DNA of 32,000 bases, taken from NCBI RefSeq assembly GCF_003945235.1, contig NZ_RSDW01000001.1, forward strand, positions 5,100,001-5,132,000. Direction: 5' to 3'. A model generated the notes under the pieces. That model saw only the letters and a program-made list of their open reading frames with translations, ran no database searches and was not told the DNA's origin. Source of the DNA: Edaphobacter aggregans (GTDB lineage Bacteria > Acidobacteriota > Terriglobia > Terriglobales > Acidobacteriaceae). Of this stretch, positions 9,343-18,364 are shown one piece after another; the first letter of the stretch is position 1; each line of letters begins with the position of its first letter. The position numbers and the translations under genes were made by a program.

Positions 9343-9372
9343 CGAACATTCCGAAAACCCGACTTTTTCGGG
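9343..9372 (+). repeat. Palindromic intergenic element, core module
   Basis: The sequence is CGAACATTCCGAAAACCCGACTTTTTCGGG. It matches the 29-nt core and contains the CCGAAAA/TTTTCGG hairpin. Confidence 0.6.
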
Positions 9373-9519
9373 CATACGAGATAGCTTCCGGATAGCCGGT
9401 GATACGGCAACACAGTGCTCGTAGCGTGGTTTTGATCAGCTATCGCCGGTTTAGATAAACCGATAAGCATCTGAACGAAGCGGATATAATTCGGCACATA
9501 CGGTGGGTGCTCGTAATTG

Positions 9520-9909
9520 ATGAGTGATGATCTGGGCAATCCGGGAGAACCTGTGTCAGAGGTTGACCCGGATGACCTGAAGGCTTTCTGGCAGGAGACA
9601 CGTAACCTTCAAGCAAGACATCCCGGTCAGAATGTTGGTATGGGTCTTCACGTGATGAAAGCCACCTTCAAGCCGGGCGCGAACCTACCAGCGGTCTGGT
9701 ATCGCTCGGGCATGATTCAGATACTCAACCAAGTCGCGCAAGAGCAGTTGGCTCCTTGGGTCAAGGATGAAGAGGTTTCGGATGCTGTCTTCCGAACGAT
9801 GGCGACGATTCCGATGGAATGGGTCGGACACACTGACCGAGACGGCTTGCCCTTCGATGTGGAAGAGTTCTTCCGCCAATTGAGGGAAGACGGTGTGCAG
9901 AATGGCTGA
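9520..9909 (+). CDS. Hypothetical protein (acidic, no signal peptide)
   Basis: The ORF starts at the ATG at 9520, immediately after the track's TTG at 9517. I recognise no family. The composition looks protein-like (EEVSDAVFRTMATIPMEWVGHTDRDGLPFDVEEFFRQL). Confidence 0.45.
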   Translation: MSDDLGNPGEPVSEVDPDDLKAFWQETRNLQARHPGQNVGMGLHVMKATFKPGANLPAVWYRSGMIQILNQVAQEQLAPWVKDEEVSDAVFRTMATIPMEWVGHTDRDGLPFDVEEFFRQLREDGVQNG

Positions 9910-9934
9910 CATCGCCAAGCATGGAAGGGAGCGA

Positions 9935-10375
9935 ATGATGCTAAAGATCGCAATAGCTTGTCTCCTGCTTACGTTGAGTTCCGAAGCTCAAATAACTGAA
10001 TCCTGTAGGGTGATTCATGGTCGTGCACGCCGGTATTGTGGCGATGGCCAACTTCGCATCTGGCACATCGGAACACATCACGACTTCGAGCCGGACCGAT
10101 CCTCCTGGCAGAGGGTTGAAGGATGGCTTGAGGCTGGAGCGAAACCAACTGGTGCTTGCCAAGATAACGCCGATCTTTTTGCCGACTTTCTGATTTGTCC
10201 AACAGAACCCTATAAGAAAGGGGCGGTGCAGAAAGCAAAGGTGAAAGGCGCCTACCATCGGCGTTATGAGGCAGGCTCTGCTACGGCATTTGTCTTGACA
10301 CTGCATCATCTATTTCCTAGGGTTCCGGATGGTCGGCAACTCGAAAACAACCGAGCCGACGACGATCCGACTTGA
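9935..10375 (+). CDS. Hypothetical secreted protein
   Basis: The ATG at 9935 follows a GGAAGGGA RBS at 9923-9930. The signal peptide is MMLKIAIACLLLTLSSEAQ. I recognise no family. Confidence 0.5.
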   Translation: MMLKIAIACLLLTLSSEAQITESCRVIHGRARRYCGDGQLRIWHIGTHHDFEPDRSSWQRVEGWLEAGAKPTGACQDNADLFADFLICPTEPYKKGAVQKAKVKGAYHRRYEAGSATAFVLTLHHLFPRVPDGRQLENNRADDDPT

Positions 10376-10394
10376 CCTAGTTCCCCCAAACGGG

Positions 10395-10442
10395 ATCAGC
10401 GGCAACTTCGCGACGAACTTGCCGATAACCAGACTTTGCGCG
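10395..10442 (+). repeat. Palindromic intergenic element (partial left arm plus core)
   Basis: The sequence is ATCAGCGGCAACTTCGCGACGAACTTGCCGATAACCAGACTTTGCGCG. It begins 20 nt after the stop at 10375. Confidence 0.65.
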
Positions 10443-10548
10443 AGTTTGTATTGCTGAATCAGCAGAGCCATGGTTTGAAAACGGCACTGCGAGTGGAAAC
10501 GGTTTTAAATTTTCAAGCTCACCGTTTCCCCCGAGGTAAACTGCCCCC

Positions 10549-10962
10549 ATGCGATTTTATGCACAAGCCCGTTTGGCCAGAATTTCGCTGCCTTTGTTGA
10601 ACCTTGTAGCCTGTGCCTGTCAAATTCAATCCACGGTTCGCCACCCATCCACGGACCATACGTTGATGGCCATATTTTGGGGCTTGATTACCTTCCTCAA
10701 TGCGATCGCCTTTTGGGGCACGTATTGGAAGGTCACGCCACAAGGCCTACTTGAAAGCCGAGCAATGTTTTTGCGCCGCGCAATCCCCTACGACATCATT
10801 CAGGATGTCAGCCCGGATGATTCACCTCGTGGAAAACAGGACAATAGTCGGATTCGAGTTTCCATCCTTCTGGGCAAGCCGCTACTAGTCCGTCCGGACG
10901 AGTACGAGCGCTTCGTCTCTGCGTTGGAGCAGCACCTTGATCCTGTCCTGATACACGTCTAA
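10549..10962 (+). CDS. Hypothetical small membrane protein; start uncertain (alternative ATG at 10666)
   Basis: A TM-like segment MAIFWGLITFLNAIAFWGTYW is followed by a beta-rich domain of about 75 aa ending in a helix (PDEYERFVSALEQHL). Any resemblance to a bacterial PH-like fold is inference only. Confidence 0.45.
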   Translation: MRFYAQARLARISLPLLNLVACACQIQSTVRHPSTDHTLMAIFWGLITFLNAIAFWGTYWKVTPQGLLESRAMFLRRAIPYDIIQDVSPDDSPRGKQDNSRIRVSILLGKPLLVRPDEYERFVSALEQHLDPVLIHV

Positions 10963-11001
10963 GACGTAGAGTCAACAAACGCTCGCTTGACCGAGTTGTT
11001 C

Positions 11002-11070
11002 CCTGAAAACGGCGTTTTCGGCAACTACAGCGTGTCGGCCCCGAACTTTCCGATAACGTGACTTTGTAGG
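11002..11070 (+). repeat. Palindromic intergenic element, full bipartite copy
   Basis: The sequence is CCTGAAAACGGCGTTTTCGGCAACTACAGCGTGTCGGCCCCGAACTTTCCGATAACGTGACTTTGTAGG. It begins 39 nt after the stop at 10962 and ends 34 nt before the next ORF. Confidence 0.7.
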
Positions 11071-11104
11071 AAGGTACCTTTCAGATACGAAAATAGATAA
11101 ACTG

Positions 11105-11752
11105 ATGCTCGGGGATAGAACGATTTGCAGGAGCGGCGTGTTGGGCATGTGGCTAGACGGTAGTGGAGAGCGGCTCAATCAAGAGGAGTTTGAAGTTGAG
11201 GTCACTAATCAATCGGTGAGCGTCCGGCTGACTACATCGAGAAAATCTCCGCACGGAAGGTTCTATTGGGCTGCCTTCTTCGTGGCGCTCTGGATAGCGG
11301 GGCTTTGCCTGCTTGTCTTTGCCAATGGGAAGCACGGTGAACCGGGCATGTGGCATGACTTCGCGACAAACCCGCTCAACTCCTCAGGTTTCATCGCCCC
11401 CCTGCTCATACTCCTCTGCTGTTCGGCTTTATTAGTGCTCATCAGCTGGCGTTATGTCGTGATGGCGTACCCCTCGAACGAAACCTTTTACTGTGACCGG
11501 TCAACGCTGACAATCTCGAAAGTGCGCTGGCTAGACATCCACAATAAGGATTGGCGGACTCGATCCTATCCTCTCCGGCAGATCACAGGGTTGAAGTATC
11601 GATCCGTTGCTACAGCAAAGGGAGGTGCTGTCTATGGCCTTCGTTTCGAAGTAGAAGGCCGGTCAGAGCGCGTCCTTCCGGGTCTAGGAACTCATGACGC
11701 TGGCAAGATTCTGAAAGCCGTCAAATCGTTTGGAGCAAATGTAAACGAATAG
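11105..11752 (+). CDS. Hypothetical two-TM membrane protein with a C-terminal soluble domain; start uncertain
   Basis: The TM segments are FYWAAFFVALWIAGLCLLVF and FIAPLLILLCCSALLVLISW. A beta-rich domain of about 90 aa follows and ends in a helix (HDAGKILKAVKSFG). An AGGAG at about 11128-11132 could serve a GTG or ATG start slightly downstream of 11105. Confidence 0.5.
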   Translation: MLGDRTICRSGVLGMWLDGSGERLNQEEFEVEVTNQSVSVRLTTSRKSPHGRFYWAAFFVALWIAGLCLLVFANGKHGEPGMWHDFATNPLNSSGFIAPLLILLCCSALLVLISWRYVVMAYPSNETFYCDRSTLTISKVRWLDIHNKDWRTRSYPLRQITGLKYRSVATAKGGAVYGLRFEVEGRSERVLPGLGTHDAGKILKAVKSFGANVNE

Positions 11753-11780
11753 CCACAGTCTCAACCCCAAATGAGTCATT

Positions 11781-11801
11781 CCTGAAAAACGGGGTGGTCT
11801 C
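11781..11801 (+). repeat. Degenerate left module of the intergenic element
   Basis: CCTGAAAAACGGGGTGGTCTC resembles CCTGAAAACGGCGTTTTCGGC at 11002. It begins 28 nt after the stop at 11752. Confidence 0.4.
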
Positions 11802-11993
11802 AATGGGTCGACGCAACACTCAGCTCAGACCCACATTCATTGAAAACAAAAGCTAAATGCGCTGGCTAGGGCTAGATCAGCCGGAGCCTTACCCTGGCTA
11901 GGTTTGGCCACATCAGCCAAACAGATCGATTCTTCAGAGTAAGCATTTGTGGATCAGCTGATTAAATAGTGTTGCATTGACCGGTTGAGCTGG

Positions 11994-12045
11994 CAGGGGT
12001 TAGCGGAAACAACAACCGAAGTTGCCGAAAATGCGACTTTCGGGG
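11994..12045 (+). repeat. Palindromic intergenic element (degenerate left arm plus core)
   Basis: The sequence is CAGGGGTTAGCGGAAACAACAACCGAAGTTGCCGAAAATGCGACTTTCGGGG. It shares an identical 27-mer, TTGCCGAAAATGCGACTTTCGGGGAAC, with the copy near 28105. Confidence 0.7.
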
Positions 12046-12172
12046 AACAGTGACACGAAAAAAACAGCCCGAATAAACTTGCGCTCACATAACATCGGTT
12101 CTGGCTTCAGAGTCGCAAAAGCGAAGCCAGTCTTCTGTGGAAAGCGTTTCATCCATCCGGAATGAGGTCTGC

Positions 12173-15100
12173 ATGTCTTCGAAGGTAATCCTCGCTCGCT
12201 TTGTAGCCCTAGCTATACCCCTCGTGCTCCTCTCGGTCGCAGCATTATCGTCAGCTCAGTCGACCCCGGCTTTCGCTACCGTCGACGGCACTGTAACAAA
12301 CAATGGAGTTCAAGGCGCAGTTCGCTTGGAGCACGTGCCCTTACAACCCTCCGTTGGTGAAGATGGCTTCTCTTCCAAAGTCGCCGAGGATGGAACTTTT
12401 CACCTGGTAGACATTCCTCCTGGTACCTACCGCCTCCTTGCCGATGCCGAAAACCAGCTTCATGGCGTTTACGGCGCAGCAGATCTTTATCAGTCCGGCA
12501 CCCTTATCCAGATTCACCCAGGTGAACACCTTCGGGGCTTAGCCATTCGGCTGCTGCCTGACCCTCCCGCCATCTGTGGACAAGTTCTCGATGCGGCCGG
12601 CCGGCCGACGCTCGCCACTGTCGAAGCCTATGGTGTAAACGCCGATTTCGGCTCGGTGACTCGGCTAGAGAGCCCCACGCAGCTTACGAACGCCGATGGC
12701 CGCTTCCGTTTTCCTAACCTCTTCAATCAGGGACATTTCTTCCTGCGCGCCAATGGAACTTGGTATCCCTCTGCCGTCAGCTTTAGTGGAGCACGCCTGC
12801 TTGAGCCTGCACGAGCCGCGACAGGCGGACACTGCGTCGAAATCCGTCTCCAGCCTGACCGCTGCAAAGGTGTCCCACTTGCCGCGCACTTTGTCGATGC
12901 TCTAAAGTTTCCCATCTTCGAGTACGAGATTGCACTCTACGAAATCAATCCGTCCGGCCAGTTATTCGATTCGCAGGTCGTTCAGATCAACCAAGCCGAC
13001 GGGGTACATTTGGAGAATGTCTGTCCCGACCGATACATCGCGTCAATGCGCGACCGATGGGCAAAGCCGCAGCTCTTTGTTTCGCCGATCTTCACCGTTC
13101 AACCACCGGGTGGCTCGGTGGACCTGCACGAGAGCTCTCAGCCTGACCTGGGAAAGATTGTTGCCGCAGAGCTCAATCAGCCGCCCCTTGCCTCTGCAGA
13201 GCTTACCATCACTCTTGAAGGGTTGACCACGAAAGAGGGCTGTTCATCAGGAGTGATACAGCAAGCCAGTCTGTTTCGCGAGGGCGATCGGAACGCTGCG
13301 TTTGCGACAGCTGACAAGGACGGCCTCTTCCGTTGGAAGAATCTCCTCTCAGGCAACTATCGCATTGAGTACGGCTTCTGGGCTCACAACGCGGTCAACC
13401 TCAAAACCTTCTCCGTGGATGGCAAGGACGCCGATCCGACAGATTTCTACATTTCCCCCGGACGGGCCGTACAAGTTCATGTCGTGCTCAGCAACTTGCC
13501 CGCAAAGCATCCAAGCGCTCTTCCACTTCGTAACGCGTCTTCGCACGACCTACCTGCTGGCTTCCACCCGCCGGCGTCCCTCGTCGGCAAGGTCGAAGGA
13601 GAGCATGCGATGGACAGTGCTGCTGTTCTGCACTCCATTCGCTTCAACTCCGCCCGGTCCTCCGAATACCGCAGCCCCGTCGCTTCAGACGGCAACTTTC
13701 GGTTCGACCGCATCGACCCAGGTCTTTACACGCTTTGGGTAGAAAGCCCCGGCAACCCGGTTTCGGTCTACGGAGCCGAGGGCGTAGGGCTAGAAGGAAC
13801 TCCCCTCGTCTTCACCGCCGGGCAGCAAATCAAAAATCTGAAGGTCAACCTTTTTCCGACTCCTGGTATCTGCGGCCGAGTGGTAGATCTTGAAGGCAAT
13901 CCACGTATCGGCGTCCAGATAGGCTTTCAGGGGTTTCTGTCTCAATCCGCGCAAAATCAAACGGAGCGCACAGCTACTACCGACGAGAGCGGACGCTTTG
14001 ATCTGAAGTCGCCCGCGGTGCCTCCTGATCTCGAACTTTGGGAACAGGAACGGGGCACACGCACCTTTTATCCGTGGCAGCCGAACTATCGGCCCCTCTC
14101 GATCACTGCGAAGTCAGGCGATGACTCATACAATTCCCGTTGCCCTTACACGTTGCAGATGGCCTCTCCGGCTGAAGGCAATGGCGGCGGAATCACCATA
14201 GCAGGAACTGTCGCAGGCACTTACAGCCCGGCGAAGGGAGAGCACCTTTGGGCGATTCTCAGCCCCGTCAGCAACCGGCTCGCACCGAAGCCAGTCAAGA
14301 TAGACATCAAGGATATGAGCTTTGCCTTCTCAGCCATCACTCCAGGCGAGTACATCCTCACGTTGATAGATGGTCTCGGCAATGCCATGATGTCGTGCTC
14401 GGCGGTTTGCTACGGAGAAACCACCTACATCCGTGACTCGCAGAAAGTAACGGTTACCGCGTCTCCACAGAGCAACTTGACCCTCCAACTACGACCGCTG
14501 CCGCAAGTGATCGGTGAATTGACAATCGATGGAAAACCGCCGGTACCCGGCCCACAAACCCATTGGAAAGACTGGACGGCATGGTTGGTTAGCTCCCGAC
14601 ACGGCCAACCGCCAGACAGCGCCAAACTCGACGAACGAGGGCACTTTTCGCTTCCTGCTCTCGGAACCGAGTCTCATTCCTTTCTCTTCAACTATTTTTG
14701 GCCTGACTATGCCGTTAGAAAGATCACTATCGACGGAAACGAAGTGAGCCCGGACGACATCCGTTTGACCTATGGCCAAGTTGCTCATATGGTTGTCGAC
14801 GTCACCACGGTGACGAGTCAGGGAAGCGTTCACAGCTCACCCTCAAACCCGCCGGTCGACTCCTTCCGCGATCTTTGCGCGAATTTCGTCGGGGCACCTG
14901 CCTATTCTGCTCTCCTCATCCCTGATCCCATCTCGTCTCCCAATCCGCAATTTCCGATAAAGCAGGGCAGGGAGACGGGGACTTTGTATACGGCATCGTT
15001 CCATGGAATCCTGCCCGGGCATTATCGTGTGCTCGCATTCGAGAATCTTCTTTTCACAAATGAGTTTCGGAGAAGAGCCGGTCAGGCGTTGCTGGAGAAT

Positions 15101-15259
15101 CCAGATTTGGTGCAAGCGTTAGCTGTGTTCGGGAAGCCGGTAGAAGTAGTCGCCGGGAAGCCCTTCGACTTCGAGGCACCCCTCATCACCGAAAAACTTC
15201 AGGGGCTGCTGGCTCAGTTCGGTATTCCGGTACCGACCTACTCAACGTTCCTTCGCTGA
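12173..15259 (+). CDS. Large secreted protein built from repeated carboxypeptidase-regulatory-like (Ig-like beta-sandwich) domains
   Basis: The ATG at 12173 follows a GAGG RBS at 12164-12167. The signal peptide is MSSKVILARFVALAIPLVLLSVAALSSAQS. At least six DGxF...G.Y-type motifs recur: DGTFHLVDIPPGTYRL, ADGRFRFPNL, KDGLFRWKNLLSGNYRIEY, SDGNFRFDRIDPGLYTLWV, ESGRFDLKS and ERGHFSLPAL. I see no plug or barrel region. Confidence 0.8.
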   Translation: MSSKVILARFVALAIPLVLLSVAALSSAQSTPAFATVDGTVTNNGVQGAVRLEHVPLQPSVGEDGFSSKVAEDGTFHLVDIPPGTYRLLADAENQLHGVYGAADLYQSGTLIQIHPGEHLRGLAIRLLPDPPAICGQVLDAAGRPTLATVEAYGVNADFGSVTRLESPTQLTNADGRFRFPNLFNQGHFFLRANGTWYPSAVSFSGARLLEPARAATGGHCVEIRLQPDRCKGVPLAAHFVDALKFPIFEYEIALYEINPSGQLFDSQVVQINQADGVHLENVCPDRYIASMRDRWAKPQLFVSPIFTVQPPGGSVDLHESSQPDLGKIVAAELNQPPLASAELTITLEGLTTKEGCSSGVIQQASLFREGDRNAAFATADKDGLFRWKNLLSGNYRIEYGFWAHNAVNLKTFSVDGKDADPTDFYISPGRAVQVHVVLSNLPAKHPSALPLRNASSHDLPAGFHPPASLVGKVEGEHAMDSAAVLHSIRFNSARSSEYRSPVASDGNFRFDRIDPGLYTLWVESPGNPVSVYGAEGVGLEGTPLVFTAGQQIKNLKVNLFPTPGICGRVVDLEGNPRIGVQIGFQGFLSQSAQNQTERTATTDESGRFDLKSPAVPPDLELWEQERGTRTFYPWQPNYRPLSITAKSGDDSYNSRCPYTLQMASPAEGNGGGITIAGTVAGTYSPAKGEHLWAILSPVSNRLAPKPVKIDIKDMSFAFSAITPGEYILTLIDGLGNAMMSCSAVCYGETTYIRDSQKVTVTASPQSNLTLQLRPLPQVIGELTIDGKPPVPGPQTHWKDWTAWLVSSRHGQPPDSAKLDERGHFSLPALGTESHSFLFNYFWPDYAVRKITIDGNEVSPDDIRLTYGQVAHMVVDVTTVTSQGSVHSSPSNPPVDSFRDLCANFVGAPAYSALLIPDPISSPNPQFPIKQGRETGTLYTASFHGILPGHYRVLAFENLLFTNEFRRRAGQALLENPDLVQALAVFGKPVEVVAGKPFDFEAPLITEKLQGLLAQFGIPVPTYSTFLR

Positions 15260-15280
15260 TAAATTCTGCTTAGATCAAGG

Positions 15281-15329
15281 ACGGTACCGGAAACTTGAAA
15301 CGAACTTGCCGAAAACCCGACTTTGCAGG
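15281..15329 (+). repeat. Palindromic intergenic element (degenerate left arm plus core)
   Basis: The sequence is ACGGTACCGGAAACTTGAAACGAACTTGCCGAAAACCCGACTTTGCAGG. It begins 22 nt after the stop at 15259. Its core equals the 30893 copy apart from one T. Confidence 0.7.
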
Positions 15330-15418
15330 CAATTCGACCTCTACGCCTCGGAGAGCCGTATAATTCGAGCGAATCGGCGCAGTAAAACGAGATTCGAGTT
15401 AAGGAGAGAGCAAGTACG

Positions 15419-16363
15419 ATGGTCGCGATCCATAGGCTTCGAAGACTGACGTCCCTGCCAATCCTCTTGTTCTACCTTGCCGCGCCCTGCCGCGCTCAAA
15501 ATGCAGCTGCGAAGCTTCTCACTGGTAACTGGAATCTAACCCCAACCGTCGATCCTTCCCAACCCACATCGCAGCCGGTGGCAACCGAGTATGGCGGGCT
15601 ATCCCTCACCCTCGGTGTCGATGGAAATATGATCTACGGGGAAGGCCTGCTCTTAGTTAACTGTCCGAAGGACAGGAAGGGATTCGACGCTTTCTTCGGC
15701 GGACAAGTATCGCCGGACGGAACCTTCACCCTTACAAATGCCGCCGTCGCACGTGATCTCCCCGGTGGTGTGGTCGTCATCCACGGCAGACTGCCCGCCG
15801 CCGGAACGGCAGAGTGGCAAGGCCAGTTTTCCAGCATTTGGAATGGCACTAATGGAAGTTGCCTCCCGGCGGAGGGAGAAGTTGTGGCGAAGCAGTTCCC
15901 GCCCCTCAAAGGAACTTTCTCGGGAGCGATTCACGCAGACGACGGCACTGAGTCCGATGTGACGATGGAGGTGGATCAAGGAGAACTGCTTCCGACGAAT
16001 TATCCAGCAGGGGTCCCTCTGTTCTTACATTATTGCGTTCCGCTCAAGGCCACCATGTCAGTGAAGAATGCATTCGGGCCCTTATGGGGAATATTCACGA
16101 CAGGAGACAACATATATCCGAATCAATGCAGCCGGATGGCCGGAAGTTCTTTCCGACTGGAATTCACGACGACTGACGGCGCCAAACTCGATGTGTTCGG
16201 CAACATCCACAACAGTCATTTTCCCCAAATTGATCGCATGGATATCACCATTCACTATTTCCCCAAAGATTTCGCCGCACGCGGGTTGAGTCCAGTCCTT
16301 GCAACAGGACGACTCTCACAAAGTAAGCAAGACACTCGGGGTGCCCCCGCGTCATCTCCGTAA
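15419..16363 (+). CDS. Hypothetical secreted protein
   Basis: An AAGGAGAG RBS at 15401-15408 precedes the ATG. The signal peptide is RRLTSLPILLFYLAAPCRAQ. I recognise no family. Confidence 0.6.
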   Translation: MVAIHRLRRLTSLPILLFYLAAPCRAQNAAAKLLTGNWNLTPTVDPSQPTSQPVATEYGGLSLTLGVDGNMIYGEGLLLVNCPKDRKGFDAFFGGQVSPDGTFTLTNAAVARDLPGGVVVIHGRLPAAGTAEWQGQFSSIWNGTNGSCLPAEGEVVAKQFPPLKGTFSGAIHADDGTESDVTMEVDQGELLPTNYPAGVPLFLHYCVPLKATMSVKNAFGPLWGIFTTGDNIYPNQCSRMAGSSFRLEFTTTDGAKLDVFGNIHNSHFPQIDRMDITIHYFPKDFAARGLSPVLATGRLSQSKQDTRGAPASSP

Positions 16364-16552
16364 ATCGTCTCTAAGCCCTTCGCCCCCAAGAATCCGTGTC
16401 CATCTTGTCCAAACGACCCCAACCGCTTGTGGAGTCGAGCTCAACTGCCAACTCGCATTTTGCCCCAACGGGCATCCGGCTGAGAATCTTGCGCGTCATT
16501 TTGACGTTGTCAACCTGTGACGGTGGGCGATACTTAATGGTTTGATGAAGTA

Positions 16553-18172
16553 ATGGTAAAAGATCGACAGCATACGTCGGGAACCAGTTGGCATCGACCG
16601 TCCATAACGGTCATAGACAACAGCCTTCTTTTGATATTGAAATTGTACGGCGTTGTTGCGTTCGCCGCGCTTGCGCTGGTGCCGCGGCACTTCCTACCTG
16701 CCGAGGATGCAGTAATCCTGTTTCAATACAGCCGCAATCTTGCTGAGCACGGCGAAATCACATTTTTGGCAGGCGGCCCCCACGTAGAAGGAGCTACCGA
16801 TTTCGGATGGATGTTACTGAACGCATTGGCGATTCGATGTGGAATTCCGCCGTTTTGGTTTTGTGCGATAGCCAACGTCTTCTCTCTCTTGATGCTGGCT
16901 GTGCTCTTGCTTCGGCTTGCCAATAAACGGCTGTCGCTCTCGTGCATCTTTGCAATTGCAGGTTCGGCTGCCCTGTTCCCTCAAATCTTTGCTGCAGCAT
17001 CTGGCTTCGCCGTGTTACCGGATGCACTACTACTTACGACGATCGTTTTCTTTGCGATGAGACAGAAAGTTGCCCTCGCATCAATCAGTGCACTAGTGTT
17101 CTGTCTTTTTCGACCTGACGGAGTCGTGTTTGCCATTCCGCTGCTCATCTGCCTGGTACTCGAGCAGGAGGAACGAGGAAAAAGTATCTCTGTGATCAGT
17201 GCGCTATTTTTTGTGCCAGGCTTGATCTATTTTTTCTGGCGATGGCACTACTTTGGCGAAATGTTCCCCCTTCCATTTTTGGTAAAGTCAGATACAAATC
17301 GCTGGTTCGGTCTTTTTGTTGTTCACTCGATAAGAACGAGCCTTCCTTTTTTGGTTTTTGTTGCGATCGTTCTCGCACCGCTAAAGCTCGCAAGAAACGT
17401 GCAAAAGTCTTGGCTCGCGGTCGTGCTGATTGCAGTACCAACCCTGTTTTACTGGACAATGCGCCTTGATCAGAATGTCGGCTCGCGTTTTTTCTATTAT
17501 CTGCCGCTCTCAGCCGCAATCATGATTGCAGTGAATTGGGATTCCCTGCAAGCAAATCGTGTGCTTGTTTTTAGAACAGCCCTCGTTTCATGGCTGCTTC
17601 TTTTTGCCATGCCTCTGTACCGTGAGCTCCGCACCTTTCGTGACGAACAATTTCAATCGGTGAAGGAGATAGCTGAGGCCCTGAGACATATGCCGCAGCA
17701 TGGAACGCTTATCACTTCGGAAGCTGGCTTCTTACCGTATTTCTCCGGTTGGACAACATACGATGCGTGGGGCTTGAATACCCCGGAGTTTGCACATCGA
17801 TTCTTTCGCAGTTCTGATGTGAAGCGCCTCGGTGCCGACCTGATCGTACTACACCCGGATCGACCGGAGAGTTGCGTCGTCCTGCCCGATTGGGAACCTA
17901 ACTACGTCGATCGGACATGGCCTCATCTGACGCGAAACTTGGTCGAGGGTGCAGATGAGACTCAATATGAGCTCTGGCTTACATCGTACGGTTCGGAATT
18001 CTATCGTCAACGCAAGCAGTGGAACTACGGTGAGGGAGACCGCGAATGCTGGTTTGTGCGGAAGAACTCACCGCTATATGCCCAGATTACGCGAATTCTG
18101 CAAGAACATCAGGGTATCGCGCCTGCAGAGGCACTTCTGTTGGAAAAGGTCCACGGGAAGGCGAAGCGCTAA
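16553..18172 (+). CDS. Polytopic membrane protein, possible GT-C-fold glycosyltransferase
   Basis: 539 aa, with roughly 11 hydrophobic segments followed by a soluble C-terminal domain of about 170 aa. The first loop, LPAEDAVILFQYSRNLAEHGEITFLAGGPHVEGATDFGWMLL, resembles the acidic loop-1 motif of GT-C enzymes. That comparison is from memory and has not been verified. Confidence 0.65.
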   Translation: MVKDRQHTSGTSWHRPSITVIDNSLLLILKLYGVVAFAALALVPRHFLPAEDAVILFQYSRNLAEHGEITFLAGGPHVEGATDFGWMLLNALAIRCGIPPFWFCAIANVFSLLMLAVLLLRLANKRLSLSCIFAIAGSAALFPQIFAAASGFAVLPDALLLTTIVFFAMRQKVALASISALVFCLFRPDGVVFAIPLLICLVLEQEERGKSISVISALFFVPGLIYFFWRWHYFGEMFPLPFLVKSDTNRWFGLFVVHSIRTSLPFLVFVAIVLAPLKLARNVQKSWLAVVLIAVPTLFYWTMRLDQNVGSRFFYYLPLSAAIMIAVNWDSLQANRVLVFRTALVSWLLLFAMPLYRELRTFRDEQFQSVKEIAEALRHMPQHGTLITSEAGFLPYFSGWTTYDAWGLNTPEFAHRFFRSSDVKRLGADLIVLHPDRPESCVVLPDWEPNYVDRTWPHLTRNLVEGADETQYELWLTSYGSEFYRQRKQWNYGEGDRECWFVRKNSPLYAQITRILQEHQGIAPAEALLLEKVHGKAKR

Positions 18173-18364
18173 TTTCCTAATAACTAAAAGTTCAAAGTCA
18201 ATGGTTGCTTCCCCAGGCATTTCTTGTGCTCATGACTTAAAGACAACAGAGCGGTTAACTGCAAAAATCAATAAGCGGTTGCGGTTTGGGGCACACTGAA
18301 ATAAGACAACTTCCCATGTGGGGACAGAATCTTCCGCTCCTAAGAGCGAGAGCAACCTAGGTCA

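Noticed and set aside
9343-16480. Classical integron cassette array with attC sites
   Set aside because: The arm polarity is GTTATCGGC...GCCGATAAC, the opposite of the attC order RYYYAAC...GTTRRRY. The nearby recombinase lacks IntI-like features and is 6 kb away on the far side of a transposon. One so-called cassette is a 3-kb gene. I kept only the generic recombination-site idea as a hypothesis.
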